64,000 nucleotides of DNA from contig DIIC01000044.1 in the NCBI GenBank assembly GCA_002420425.1, positions 68,743 through 132,742 on the forward strand, in the 5' to 3' direction. Source of the DNA: Proteobacteria bacterium UBA5680 (GTDB taxonomy: Bacteria; Pseudomonadota; Gammaproteobacteria; Arenicellales; UBA5680). This document shows positions 9,566 through 19,213 of this stretch, piece after piece. Within the stretch, counting starts at the first letter, position 1. Every line of letters begins with the position of its first letter. The notes below the pieces were generated by a model that did no database searches, was not told the DNA's origin, and saw only the letters and a program-made list of their open reading frames with translations. The position numbers and the translations under genes are program-made.

Positions 9566-10147
9566 ATGAAAAAGAAAATTAAAGAGAATATAGATTTCAT
9601 CTATCAATTTATTGATAAGCCAAAATCAGTTGGCGCCTTGATACCCTCTTCAAAGTTTCTGACAAAAAATATCCTTTCATACACTGATCTCACCAAAAAG
9701 AATCTGGTGATTGTTGAATACGGGCCAGGATCAGGCACCTTTACCAGGGAGATTGTCAAGGGGATGAAAGAGGGCGATACATTAATTGTAATAGAACAAA
9801 ATAAAATATTTGCAAAGAGACTAAGAGAGCAGCTAGCTGGGGCTAAGAACGTCTTCATCCACCAGGACTGCGTGACCAACACTTCCAAGATTTTAAAAAG
9901 GGCCAATATCGATAGGGTTGATTATATTATCTCGGGCATCCCCTTCTCTTCTATTCCAAAAAAGATGACAGAGGACATCCTGGAAAAAACAAAAAAGATT
10001 ATGTCTGATGAGACGCTATTCATTACCTTTCAATACTCAACGTTGAAAATCAATACTTTCAAGAAACACATGACGGTACTCAACAAGAAATTTGTGCTCA
10101 GGAACATCCCTTCTGCATATACCATCTGCATGAAAAAATGTGCCTAG
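9566..10147 (+). CDS. Class I SAM-dependent methyltransferase, Sinorhizobium PmtA-like (COG3963 phospholipid N-methyltransferase type)
   Basis: 193 aa. FIDKPKSVGALIPSS, VEYGPGSGTFT (SAM motif I), SGIPFSSIP and VLRNIPSAYT parallel S. meliloti PmtA as I recall it. The gene is markedly AT-rich relative to its flanks. Confidence 0.65.
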   Translation: MKKKIKENIDFIYQFIDKPKSVGALIPSSKFLTKNILSYTDLTKKNLVIVEYGPGSGTFTREIVKGMKEGDTLIVIEQNKIFAKRLREQLAGAKNVFIHQDCVTNTSKILKRANIDRVDYIISGIPFSSIPKKMTEDILEKTKKIMSDETLFITFQYSTLKINTFKKHMTVLNKKFVLRNIPSAYTICMKKCA

Positions 10148-10201
10148 AGCTACACTGGATGGCCGATCGCCAGGCCTACAGCCGCTTAGCTTGGAGCCCC
10201 C

Positions 10202-10441
10202 TCAATGCACAAACTTGCCAATAAAGTTTGCAAGGGCAGCAGAAAACTCGCTCTCAAGTGGAAATGAGAGCATACCCATCACTGAATAACCCAGGATCCA
10301 GGGCATCAGATAGAACCGAATCATATAAAAAAACCAGGCGATGTAGAGTGGAATAAGGGGCTGGATCAGAAACTTGGGACGAAGGTGGGTTTTGACTGTT
10401 GTCGGCCTTACCCACACACTCCAGAATACGACAGAGCCCAC
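10202..10441 (-). CDS. Hypothetical small membrane protein
   Basis: 79-aa hydrophobic ORF inside the AT-rich segment next to tRNA-Phe. No recognisable family. Confidence 0.3.
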   Translation of the reverse strand: MGSVVFWSVWVRPTTVKTHLRPKFLIQPLIPLYIAWFFYMIRFYLMPWILGYSVMGMLSFPLESEFSAALANFIGKFVH

Positions 10442-10599
10442 TATAAATCAGTTGATATCGGCAACTATTCGATCCAGATACCGGAAATCGAGCAACCTCA
10501 ATAAGAGGGCGTAGCTGTAATTGACCGTGGGCCTCCCCAAAGAGGCCCCGATAATCTATCGGTTATTGTGGCTGTTCTGAAGGCTTGGAAATTTAGATT

Positions 10600-10675
10600 T
10601 GGTGGCCAGGGGCAGAATTGAACTGCCGACACGAGGATTTTCAGTCCACTGCTCTACCAACTGAGCTACCTGGCC
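10600..10675 (-). tRNA. tRNA-Phe (anticodon GAA)
   Basis: The reverse complement GGCCAGGTAGCTCAGTTGGTAGAGCAGTGGACTGAAAATCCTCGTGTCGGCAGTTCAATTCTGCCCCTGGCCACCA folds as a cloverleaf with anticodon loop CTGAAAA and an encoded CCA. Confidence 0.95.
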
Positions 10676-10724
10676 ATATAGGAAGAGACGCGGGATTAGA
10701 CGACAGGAGAGGCCATTCGTCAAG

Positions 10725-11003
10725 TCACTCCTGCTTGCCGGGGGCGATAAAACCTTCGGGCTGCTCTACTTCACCTCCAAAGAACCACGCCTCTGCCTGC
10801 TGGGCCAGATACTTCCGGGCCGATCGCTCCATGGGGTTGAGCTGTTGTTCATTGATCAACCGGGTCTGGTGGGCCATCCACTCCTGCCAGGCCTCCTTGG
10901 AGACACTGGCAAGAAGACGTTCTCCCAGAGCACCTGGCCAGGGGGCAAAATCGAGACCCTCGGCCTCTCGGTTGAGTTTGACACAGTGTACTCTCTCTCC
11001 CAT
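10725..11003 (-). CDS. yggX: Fe(2+)-trafficking protein YggX
   Basis: VHCVKLNREAEGLDFAPWPGALGERL...SKEAWQEWMAHQTRLINEQQLN parallels E. coli YggX. It lies immediately downstream of mutY (conserved pair). Start trimmed to ATG 11003. Confidence 0.9.
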   Translation of the reverse strand: MGERVHCVKLNREAEGLDFAPWPGALGERLLASVSKEAWQEWMAHQTRLINEQQLNPMERSARKYLAQQAEAWFFGGEVEQPEGFIAPGKQE

Positions 11004-11014
11004 CTTCTCTTCCC

Positions 11015-12100
11015 TCACGGGCTCTCATTGTCCATTGTGCTCCACCTCTTCAGCAGCTTGAGTACCGGAGTGGCGACGCCACCGGGCAACTCACCACCCT
11101 GACGGTACCACACCCACTTGGGACCTTCTTCCACAAACTTCGGCAGGGATTTCAGATGGACAGGGAGGGGGGTGATAACCAGGGTAAAGTGGCTGAAGGT
11201 GTGGCGGATTTCAGGCCATGGACAGCCGACCTCAACCCCCGGTCCCTCCAGCACCCCCTGCCATCTCGAACCGCTGCTTGTCCCGCTCTCCGGTAGGCTC
11301 CAGAGCCCTCCCCAGACCCCTGAAGGGGGTCGTCGCTCAAGTAGCAGTTCACCCCTGGAATTGTGGATCATGAGGGCTGTCGTCGTGCGCAGGGGTCGGT
11401 GATGACTGGGTTTTGGTGCCGGAAAGAGGGCCTGTGAGGAGGCCCGTCGCGCCCGGCATCGCCACCCTACCGGGCAGACCTCGCAGAGGGGGGCGCGGCG
11501 AAGACAGATGGTAGCCCCAATATCCATGATCCCCTGGGTATAACGCCCAACCCCCTCTTGGGGTGTATTTCTCCAGGCGTGCTGCCACAACTTCGACTCC
11601 ACCTCTCGATGACCCGGCCATCCGGGGAGGGCATACCACCGGGCCAGTACCCGTTTGACATTGCCGTCAAGAATCGGGAGGTGGTGGCCAAAGGCGAAGA
11701 CCAGAATGGCCCCTGCCGTGGAGCGACCGATGCCGGGCAGCGCCGCCACCTCTTCGATGCGCTCTGGAAAGAGCCCGTGATGGGTCTTAATGACCTCTCT
11801 TGCGGCACGATGGAAGTGTCGTGCACGTGCATAGTAACCAAGGCCCGTCCACAGTCTGAGCACTTCATCCAGTTCGGCCTGGGCAAGATCATTGAGGGTG
11901 GGCAGTGCTTTGAGAAAGCGGTTGAAGTAGGGGATCACGGTGGCCACCTGAGTCTGCTGGAGCATGATCTCAGACACCCAGATCCGATAAGGATCCTGGG
12001 TCTGCTGCCAGGGGAGGTGGTGGCGCCCCCAAAGGTGGTGCCATCTGATCACCCTGGTTGCAAACTCTGTCCCTGAACTATTCACAATTAATGCTTTCAC
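11015..12100 (-). CDS. mutY: A/G-specific adenine DNA glycosylase MutY
   Basis: 361 aa. WVSEIMLQQTQV, LPGIGRSTAGAI (HhH-GPD), the 4Fe-4S loop CLRRAPLCEVCPVGWRC and a C-terminal Nudix-like domain. Confidence 0.95.
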   Translation of the reverse strand: MKALIVNSSGTEFATRVIRWHHLWGRHHLPWQQTQDPYRIWVSEIMLQQTQVATVIPYFNRFLKALPTLNDLAQAELDEVLRLWTGLGYYARARHFHRAAREVIKTHHGLFPERIEEVAALPGIGRSTAGAILVFAFGHHLPILDGNVKRVLARWYALPGWPGHREVESKLWQHAWRNTPQEGVGRYTQGIMDIGATICLRRAPLCEVCPVGWRCRARRASSQALFPAPKPSHHRPLRTTTALMIHNSRGELLLERRPPSGVWGGLWSLPESGTSSGSRWQGVLEGPGVEVGCPWPEIRHTFSHFTLVITPLPVHLKSLPKFVEEGPKWVWYRQGGELPGGVATPVLKLLKRWSTMDNESP

Positions 12101-12176
12101 CCCACATCATGTTACGCTCTGCCTAATAGAGAAGATCATTAATCAGGGCTTTTTTTTACTGAGGAGACTCCCCCCC

Positions 12177-14012
12177 ATGATAAACGGCAAAACTACCTTT
12201 TTGATGGTATCTACCCTGCTCATACTCTCATCCCCCACTGCTGCTCTGGCTACGCCTCTCCACGGGGTGGCCATGCACGGTGAACCCCGTTATGAAGCTG
12301 ATTTTACCCATTTTGACTACACCAATCCGGATGCCCCTAAAGGAGGAACGGTCAAACTTGCAGCCATTGGCGGCTTTGACTCCCTTAATCCCTTTATTCT
12401 GAAGGGGCGGTCTGCCACTGGTATTGGGCTGACCTTTGATGCCCTCACCGTCAGTTCGGATGATGAGGCCTTCTCACGTTACGGGCTAATTGCCGAGACC
12501 ATTGATATGCCAGAGGATCGCTCTTCGGTCACCTTTACCCTGAGGGCTGAGGCCCGCTTCCATGATGGTCACCCGATCACGGTTGAAGATGTGATCTGGA
12601 CCTTTGAGACCCTCAAGAGCAAGGGGCACCCCTTCTACCGCTCCTACTACGGCTCAGTAACAGGAGCCGAAAAAGTGGGGGATCGCCAGGTCAAATTCAC
12701 CTTTGCCGGTGGTGAGAACAGGGAACTTCCCCTGATCATCTCAGAGATGGTGGTGCTTCCCAAACACTTCTGGGCGGAGAGGGAGTTCCAAAAAGCAGAT
12801 CTTACCATCCCACTGGGCAGCGGCCCCTACCGGATCGAGAAGGTCGAGGCAGGGCGCTCAATCACCTACCAGCGTGTAGAGGATTACTGGGCCAGGGATC
12901 TGGCCGTCAGCCAAGGCAAATACAACTACGACACCATCCGCTACGACTACTACCGAGACGCCACCATCGCCCTTGAAGCACTTAAGGCGGGTGAGTATGA
13001 CTTCCGATCAGAGAACTCATCGAAGCGCTGGGCAACGGGCTATCAGAGCCCGGCACTGGAGAATGGGCTGCTCAAACAGGAACTGATCCCCAATGATAAC
13101 CCGACCGGGATGCAAGGCTTTGTCTTCAACACCCGCCGCCCCCTCTTTGAGGATCCCCGAGTACGCCAGGCTCTCGCCTATGCGTTTGACTTTGAATGGA
13201 CCAACAAGACCCTGTTCTATGGAGCCTATACCCGAACTGCCAGCTACTTCTCTAACTCAGAGCTCGCTTCCAAGGGTCTGCCGTCCGGTGAAGAACTTGA
13301 GATTCTGGAAGCCTACCGGGGCCGAATTCCGGATGCCGTCTTCGACACCGCCTACACTCCACCCCTTACCGACGGCTCAGGCAATGCCCGTGACAACCTG
13401 CGCACTGCCCTGGAGCTGCTCAAGGCGGCCGGTTGGGAGGTCAGGGACAAGAAGCTGACCCAGCTTAAGAGCGATGAGGCCATGAAGTTCGAAATGTTGC
13501 TGGTGAGCCCTGCCTTTGAACGCATCGTGCTCCCCTACAAGAAGAACCTCGAACGCCTGGGGATTGAAATGAGTGTACGCACCATTGATGGGGCCCAGTA
13601 CCAGAAACGGCTGGAGAACTATGACTTCGATATGATCGTTTCGGTTATAGGACAGTCCCTTTCACCCGGTAATGAACAACGCAACTTCTGGGGAAGCGAG
13701 GTCGCGGATCAACCGGGGTCACGTAATCTGGCAGGAATCAAGGATTCGGCAATCGATGAACTCATTGAGCAGGTCATCAGCGCACCGGACAGAGAGGGTC
13801 TGGTTCAGCGGACCCGTGCTCTGGACAGGGTGCTTCTCCACGGCCACTATGTTATCCCCCAGTGGCATATGAGCGCCTTTCGCATCGCCTACTGGGATAA
13901 GTTTGCCCGGCCTGCCAAGACCCCTAAATACGCACTTGGATTTATGGATAACTGGTGGGTTGATCCTGAAAGAGCCCGCTCTCTTGAAGAGCGGAAGAGC
14001 GCTATTCAGTAG
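12177..14012 (+). CDS. yejA: ABC transporter periplasmic substrate-binding protein, YejA-like (family 5)
   Basis: 611 aa with a signal peptide. Family-5 SBP of YejA length, first gene of a yejABEF-ordered operon. Confidence 0.8.
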   Translation: MINGKTTFLMVSTLLILSSPTAALATPLHGVAMHGEPRYEADFTHFDYTNPDAPKGGTVKLAAIGGFDSLNPFILKGRSATGIGLTFDALTVSSDDEAFSRYGLIAETIDMPEDRSSVTFTLRAEARFHDGHPITVEDVIWTFETLKSKGHPFYRSYYGSVTGAEKVGDRQVKFTFAGGENRELPLIISEMVVLPKHFWAEREFQKADLTIPLGSGPYRIEKVEAGRSITYQRVEDYWARDLAVSQGKYNYDTIRYDYYRDATIALEALKAGEYDFRSENSSKRWATGYQSPALENGLLKQELIPNDNPTGMQGFVFNTRRPLFEDPRVRQALAYAFDFEWTNKTLFYGAYTRTASYFSNSELASKGLPSGEELEILEAYRGRIPDAVFDTAYTPPLTDGSGNARDNLRTALELLKAAGWEVRDKKLTQLKSDEAMKFEMLLVSPAFERIVLPYKKNLERLGIEMSVRTIDGAQYQKRLENYDFDMIVSVIGQSLSPGNEQRNFWGSEVADQPGSRNLAGIKDSAIDELIEQVISAPDREGLVQRTRALDRVLLHGHYVIPQWHMSAFRIAYWDKFARPAKTPKYALGFMDNWWVDPERARSLEERKSAIQ

Positions 14013-14036
14013 CGTCTGGCGAAGAGGCAAAACGGC

Positions 14037-15140
14037 GTGATTACCTACGTCATCCGTCGTCTCCTGCTCATAATCCCCACTTTGCTGGGGATTATGGTGG
14101 TGAACTTTATTGTCGTTCAGGCGGCACCGGGCGGGCCCGTTGAAAGTATGCTGGCCCAGATCCACGGCACCGCCGTATCGACCACCGCCCGTCTGGATGG
14201 AACAGATCAGGGAGAGGTGAGTGAGAGCAGGTCGGATGCGAGCTCTTCCGGGGAGGGACTCCGATACCGCGGGGCTCGTGGCATCGACCCCGACCTCATA
14301 CTTGAGATTGAACGGCTCTACGGTTTTGATAAACCCGCTCATGAACGCTTCCTGAAGATGATGGGGCAATATCTTCTGTTTGATTTTGGTGAGAGCTTTT
14401 TTCGGGATCGCAAGGTGGTTGATCTGGTGATCGATAAGCTTCCTGTCTCCATCTCACTGGGGCTCTGGACCACCCTCCTTGTCTATCTGATCTCTATTCC
14501 GCTCGGCATTCGAAAGGCAGTTCACGACGGCTCCCGCTTTGACCTCTGGTCGAGTGGGGTGGTGATTATCGGCTACGCCATCCCGGGGTTCCTCTTTGCC
14601 ATCCTGCTGATTGTCGTCTTTGCCGGCGGAAATTTTTATGACTGGTTCCCACTGCGGGGTCTGACCTCAGACAACTGGGAGACCCTGAGTTGGATAGGTC
14701 GAATTAAAGACTACTTCTGGCACCTCACCCTCCCTATTATCGCCATGGTTATTGGGGGATTTGCCGGCCTCACCATGCTGACCAAAAACTCCTTTCTTGA
14801 GGAGATCAACAAGCAGTATGTCACCACTGCCCGGGCTAAGGGACTCTCAGAACATCGGGTTCTCTATGGCCATGTCTTTCGTAACGCCATGCTGATTGTC
14901 GTCGCCGGTTTTCCAAGCGCATTCGTCAGCATCCTCTTTACCGGAGCGCTCTTGATCGAGGTGATCTTCTCCCTCGACGGACTGGGGTTGCTCGGCTTTG
15001 AGGCTGCACTCGAACGGGACTACCCGGTTATGTTTGGTTCGCTCTACTTCTTCACCCTCCTTGGCCTTCTCCTTAATCTGGTGGGTGATCTGATCTATAC
15101 CGTGATCGACCCCCGGATCGACTTTGAGAGCAGGGGGTGA
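14037..15140 (+). CDS. yejB: ABC transporter permease YejB-like
   Basis: 367 aa. N-terminal [15 protein letters not shown] plus a BPD-transport permease core, with the acidic/Ser-rich periplasmic insert typical of YejB. Confidence 0.8.
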   Translation: MITYVIRRLLLIIPTLLGIMVVNFIVVQAAPGGPVESMLAQIHGTAVSTTARLDGTDQGEVSESRSDASSSGEGLRYRGARGIDPDLILEIERLYGFDKPAHERFLKMMGQYLLFDFGESFFRDRKVVDLVIDKLPVSISLGLWTTLLVYLISIPLGIRKAVHDGSRFDLWSSGVVIIGYAIPGFLFAILLIVVFAGGNFYDWFPLRGLTSDNWETLSWIGRIKDYFWHLTLPIIAMVIGGFAGLTMLTKNSFLEEINKQYVTTARAKGLSEHRVLYGHVFRNAMLIVVAGFPSAFVSILFTGALLIEVIFSLDGLGLLGFEAALERDYPVMFGSLYFFTLLGLLLNLVGDLIYTVIDPRIDFESRG

Positions 15141-15201
15141 TCGATGAGTTCACCCCTCTGGTTCGAGCGATCCAACACCCCCTCTCAACCTGCCGCCAGA
15201 A

Positions 15202-16227
15202 ATGAGCATTAGCCCCCTCACTCGGCGGCGGCTCCTGAGCTTCCGGACCAACCGCAGGGGGTGGATCTCGTTGTGGGTTTTTCTTGTTTTTTTTGTCGCC
15301 ACCCTCTTTGCAGAACTGATCGCCAATGACAAACCGCTGATCATCGTCTTTGAGGGTGAGTGGATGGCTCCTTTCATAACAGAATATCCTGAAACCCGGT
15401 TTGGGGGGCTGTTTGAGACCGAGGCCGACTACCGGGATCCGGTGGTCCGGCAGCTGATTGAAGAGGGCGGGTGGATGGCCTGGCCGCTGATCCCCTACTC
15501 CTTTGATACCATCAACTACAACCTCCAGGTCCCAGCCCCCTCTCCCCCCACCATGGAAAACTGGCTGGGGACTGATGATCAGGGGCGTGATGTCCTCGCC
15601 AGGCTGATCTATGGCTTTCGAATCTCTGTCCTTTTTGGTCTCATACTTACTCTGTTGAGTTCCCTGATCGGAATTATGGCTGGTGCGGTTCAGGGCTATC
15701 TCGGGGGGTGGACCGATCTTCTCTTCCAGCGATTTATCGAGATCTGGTCCGGACTGCCCACACTTTACCTGCTCATTATCATGGCCAGTGTAGTGGAACC
15801 CAATTTCTGGTGGCTTCTCGGATTGATGCTGCTCTTCAGCTGGATGGGACTGGTTGGGGTGGTGCGGGCTGAATTCCTGAGAGCCCGCAATTTTGACTAT
15901 GCCCGCGCGGCCCAAGCCCTTGGGGTAGGCACCCCGACAATAATGTTCCGCCACCTCCTCCCCAATGCCATGGTGGCGACCCTTACCTTTCTCCCCTTCA
16001 TCCTCAATGGCTCAATCACCACCCTCACCTCTCTTGACTTCCTTGGTTTTGGACTGCCCCCGGGATCGGCCTCGCTGGGAGAGCTGCTGGCTCAGGGAAA
16101 AGCCAATATCCATGCCCCCTGGCTCGGAATGAGCGCCTTTATCGTCCTCGCCTTGATGCTGAGCCTGCTCATCTTCATCGGTGAGGCCGCACGGGATGCC
16201 TTTGACCCGAGGAAGAGCCAACAATGA
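15202..16227 (+). CDS. yejE: ABC transporter permease YejE-like
   Basis: 341 aa, the same length as E. coli YejE. Has LGTDDQGRDVLARLIYG and a permease core. Confidence 0.8.
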   Translation: MSISPLTRRRLLSFRTNRRGWISLWVFLVFFVATLFAELIANDKPLIIVFEGEWMAPFITEYPETRFGGLFETEADYRDPVVRQLIEEGGWMAWPLIPYSFDTINYNLQVPAPSPPTMENWLGTDDQGRDVLARLIYGFRISVLFGLILTLLSSLIGIMAGAVQGYLGGWTDLLFQRFIEIWSGLPTLYLLIIMASVVEPNFWWLLGLMLLFSWMGLVGVVRAEFLRARNFDYARAAQALGVGTPTIMFRHLLPNAMVATLTFLPFILNGSITTLTSLDFLGFGLPPGSASLGELLAQGKANIHAPWLGMSAFIVLALMLSLLIFIGEAARDAFDPRKSQQ

Positions 16228-17876
16228 ATCAGGTGAACCACCCTCTGCTCAGAGTTCGGGACCTCTCCTCCCGTTTCTCCACCTCCCATGGGAGTGTCGA
16301 TGCGGTACGCCGCATCAACTTTGAGATTAACCGCGGAGAGAGTGTCGCCCTGGTAGGTGAGTCCGGTTCAGGAAAGTCGGTCACCGCGCTCTCTATCCTG
16401 CAGCTTCTCCCCTATCCCATCGCCTCTCATCCCACAGGCAGCATCACTTTTTTTGGGGATGAGCTGGTCGGTGCTTCGGGGGAGCGACTAAAAGCCATCC
16501 GGGGTGATCGTATCAGTATGATCTTTCAGGAGCCTATGAGCTCACTCAATCCTCTCCATTCACTCTCTCGCCAGGTCGGAGAGACCCTCGAACTCCACCA
16601 GGGGCTGACTGGAGCTGCCGCCCGCGACCGAACCATTGAGCTGTTTGAGATGGTAGGGCTGCCGCAAGCCCAAAACCGCCTCGGTGTCTTTCCTCACCAA
16701 CTCTCCGGCGGAGAGCGCCAACGGGTAATGATCGCTATGGCACTCGCCAATCGCCCTGAACTGCTTATTGCTGACGAGCCGACCACTGCCCTGGATGTCA
16801 CCATCCAGGTCCAAATTCTTACCCTCCTGAAAAAACTACAGCAACAGCTCGACATGTCGCTGTTGCTGATTACTCACGATCTGGCCATTGTTCGCCAGAT
16901 CGCTGACCGCGTCTGTGTCATGAAGGAGGGCGAGATCGTCGAGAGCGCTGGGACCGAAACTCTTTTTAACACCCCAAAGCACGACTACTCCCGGATGCTG
17001 ATTGATGCCGAACCATCAAAAAACACCACCATGGCAGATCCGGACGCGCCCAACATCATTCGAGCTAAAAAAATCAGTGTTGGGTTCCCGGTACGCAAAG
17101 GCGTGCTGCGAAGAACAGTCGGCCTAGTAAAAGCCGTCGATTCGATTGACATCTCGGTGAACGAGGGAGAGACGGTAGGGGTGGTGGGTGAATCGGGCTC
17201 CGGTAAAACCACACTCGCGCTCAGCCTGCTTAGACTGATCAACTGCAAAGGGGTAATTCTCTTTCGAGGCGAGCCGATCGAGAACCTTTCACGACGAGCC
17301 CTCCTCCCCCTGCGTCAGGAGATGCAGATTGTCTTCCAGGACCCTTTCAGCTCACTCAATCCCCGATTCTCGGTTGAGCAGATTATTGTCGAGGGGTTGC
17401 GAGCACACAAGGTAGGCACTCCAAAAGAACAAACAAAACAGGTCATCTCCACCCTCGAAGAGGTAGGGCTTGATCCCAAGATCCGCCACCACTACCCCCA
17501 TGAGTTCTCCGGAGGAGAGCGTCAGCGTATCGCCATAGCCCGTGCGATCATAATGAAACCCAAGCTACTGATTCTTGATGAACCGACATCTGCACTGGAT
17601 CGCTCTGTCCAGCTACAGATTATTGCGCTTCTGCGCCAGCTCCAGTCCGACCACAGACTCGCCTACCTCTTCATCAGTCATGATCTTAAGGTTGTCCGTG
17701 CACTGGCCAATACACTGATTGTTATGCATCAAGGCCGTGTGGTGGAGCAGGGCGCTGCTGACCTCCTCTTCCAATCGCCCCAAAAGCCCTACACCCGGTC
17801 CCTGATGGCCGCCGCTTTCAATGGCACAGAAGAGAGCAGGCAGCGTTTTAAGCTCCAGCAAAAAGAGGCCCCCTAA
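16224..17876 (+). CDS. yejF: ABC transporter ATP-binding protein YejF-like (duplicated ATPase)
   Basis: 550 aa. Two Walker A ([16 protein letters not shown]) and two signature motifs ([16 protein letters not shown]). 4-nt overlap with yejE. Confidence 0.85.
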   Translation: MNQVNHPLLRVRDLSSRFSTSHGSVDAVRRINFEINRGESVALVGESGSGKSVTALSILQLLPYPIASHPTGSITFFGDELVGASGERLKAIRGDRISMIFQEPMSSLNPLHSLSRQVGETLELHQGLTGAAARDRTIELFEMVGLPQAQNRLGVFPHQLSGGERQRVMIAMALANRPELLIADEPTTALDVTIQVQILTLLKKLQQQLDMSLLLITHDLAIVRQIADRVCVMKEGEIVESAGTETLFNTPKHDYSRMLIDAEPSKNTTMADPDAPNIIRAKKISVGFPVRKGVLRRTVGLVKAVDSIDISVNEGETVGVVGESGSGKTTLALSLLRLINCKGVILFRGEPIENLSRRALLPLRQEMQIVFQDPFSSLNPRFSVEQIIVEGLRAHKVGTPKEQTKQVISTLEEVGLDPKIRHHYPHEFSGGERQRIAIARAIIMKPKLLILDEPTSALDRSVQLQIIALLRQLQSDHRLAYLFISHDLKVVRALANTLIVMHQGRVVEQGAADLLFQSPQKPYTRSLMAAAFNGTEESRQRFKLQQKEAP

Positions 17877-17905
17877 CCAGGGGGATCTCCTGCCCGGTCG
17901 ATCAC

Positions 17906-18709
17906 ATGGATCCAGCACAGAGCTCTCCAACCCGCGCTGGCACGGCAGATATCGCCGGCTGCGCCCTGGAATACAACTGGTATGGCCCCGAACCCTCTCC
18001 ACAGAGCCCCACCCTGGTACTCCTTCATGAGGGGTTGGGCTGTGTTGAGATGTGGGGGGATTTCCCCGCCCGCCTACACCACCAAACCAGGCTCTCTCTG
18101 CTCTGTTACAGCCGCTGTGGCTACGGAAAATCTGGCTCGGCGCCACTATCCCGGTCGGTTGACTATATGCACCAAGAGGCCAAGGAGGTACTCCCCAGGC
18201 TCCTTGATGCCTTCGAAATTCAAAATGCCCTCCTCGTCGGCCACAGTGATGGGGGCTCCATTGCGCTCATCCATGCCGGCTGCGATCTCAACCAACGAAT
18301 CTCAGGGCTGATCCTGTTCGCCCCCCATGTTTTCAATGAACCCTTGAGTGTGCGAAGTATTTCCGAGGCGGCCCGTCTTTATCGAGAGACAGACCTGCGG
18401 GATAAGCTGACGCGGTACCATGGAGAGCAGGTCGACCGGGCCTTCTGGGGGTGGAACCGTGTCTGGCTCAATCCCGACTTTCTTGAGTGGAATATTGAGG
18501 AGTACCTGTCAGCAATCCAGCCGCCTCTGCTCCTTATCCAGGGCAGAGAGGATCAATATGGAACACTGAACCAGCTGGAGGCGATCGAGCGTCAGGTGGC
18601 CGGATACTCAAAAACAATTGTGCTTGAGGCGTGCGCTCATTCACCCCACAGAGACCAGCCGGAAAAAACCCTTCTGGCGATAACTGATTTCATCAGCCAC
18701 CATCTCTAA
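17906..18709 (+). CDS. Alpha/beta-fold hydrolase
   Basis: 267 aa. HEGLG oxyanion region, nucleophile elbow GHSDGG and a C-terminal ACAHSP His. Lies 29 nt downstream of yejF. Confidence 0.75.
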   Translation: MDPAQSSPTRAGTADIAGCALEYNWYGPEPSPQSPTLVLLHEGLGCVEMWGDFPARLHHQTRLSLLCYSRCGYGKSGSAPLSRSVDYMHQEAKEVLPRLLDAFEIQNALLVGHSDGGSIALIHAGCDLNQRISGLILFAPHVFNEPLSVRSISEAARLYRETDLRDKLTRYHGEQVDRAFWGWNRVWLNPDFLEWNIEEYLSAIQPPLLLIQGREDQYGTLNQLEAIERQVAGYSKTIVLEACAHSPHRDQPEKTLLAITDFISHHL

Positions 18710-18732
18710 TCCAGACCGCCCGGATCACTCTT

Positions 18733-19008
18733 TTAAGTTCCGATTGAGAACATCTCCTCAAGATCATGCCTGGAATAAGCTTTGAAGGCGATCATTGACT
18801 CTGTTGACTCGATACCTTCAATTTTGATCAGGTGATCTGTTACCAAGCGTGCCAGATCGTCATTGGTTTTCACCCTAACCACAACAACCAGGTCGTAATT
18901 TCCACTCACTGAATAGACTTCTGAAATCTCATCCAGTTCAGCCAGGGCCTCTGCAACAGCGTTGATAACACCCCGCTGGCAATTAATCAGAATTATTGAA
19001 GTGACCAT
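18733..19008 (-). CDS. Stand-alone Lrp/AsnC ligand-binding (RAM) domain protein
   Basis: 91 aa. ...EALAELDEISEVYSVSGNYDLVVVVRVKTNDDLARLV...IEGIESTESMIAF matches the AsnC_trans_reg fold pattern, and there is no HTH domain. Confidence 0.7.
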   Translation of the reverse strand: MVTSIILINCQRGVINAVAEALAELDEISEVYSVSGNYDLVVVVRVKTNDDLARLVTDHLIKIEGIESTESMIAFKAYSRHDLEEMFSIGT

Positions 19009-19148
19009 CTACTCTCTCCGCACTGTGTTATTTCAGGAAACCCTCCCGCCGCTTTAGTGGCTCTGACCTGACTGCTGACGACAAAGGGTCAAAACCAATG
19101 TCCCATTCTAACTAAAGAGAGGTCTCAAAAAAACAGGCCGATGGGGGG

Positions 19149-19213
19149 TTGACAGGAAACCATAAAATAATTAGTGTTGTTACATACTGAAGAGTAGGTA
19201 TGGAGAATACTAA
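19149..19213 (+). promoter_or_regulatory. Putative sigma-70 promoter plus imperfect 16/17-nt inverted repeat (candidate operator or RBS-sequestering hairpin) upstream of the TetR-fusion gene
   Basis: TTGACA at 19149-19154, a 17-nt spacer, then TAGTGT at 19172-19177. The arms ttagtgttgttacatac (19171-19187) and gtatggagaatactaa (19198-19213) match at 13 of 17 positions with one indel. The right arm contains the GGAG Shine-Dalgarno of the ATG at 19216. Confidence 0.4.

Noticed and set aside
9540-10599. Annotating the AT-rich segment next to tRNA-Phe as a mobile element or genomic island.
   Set aside because: There is no integrase, transposase or phage gene. I could not find a direct repeat of the tRNA-Phe 3' end (…ttcaattctgcccctggcca) at the far boundary. 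Only compositional evidence supports foreign origin.
15073-15954. 293-aa ORF antisense to yejB/yejE. Also 13719-14369 (216 aa) and 17613-18146 (177 aa).
   Set aside because: They overlap well-supported ABC transporter genes. The sequences are low-complexity (Gly/Pro/Arg-rich) with no domain signatures. I treat them as shadow ORFs.
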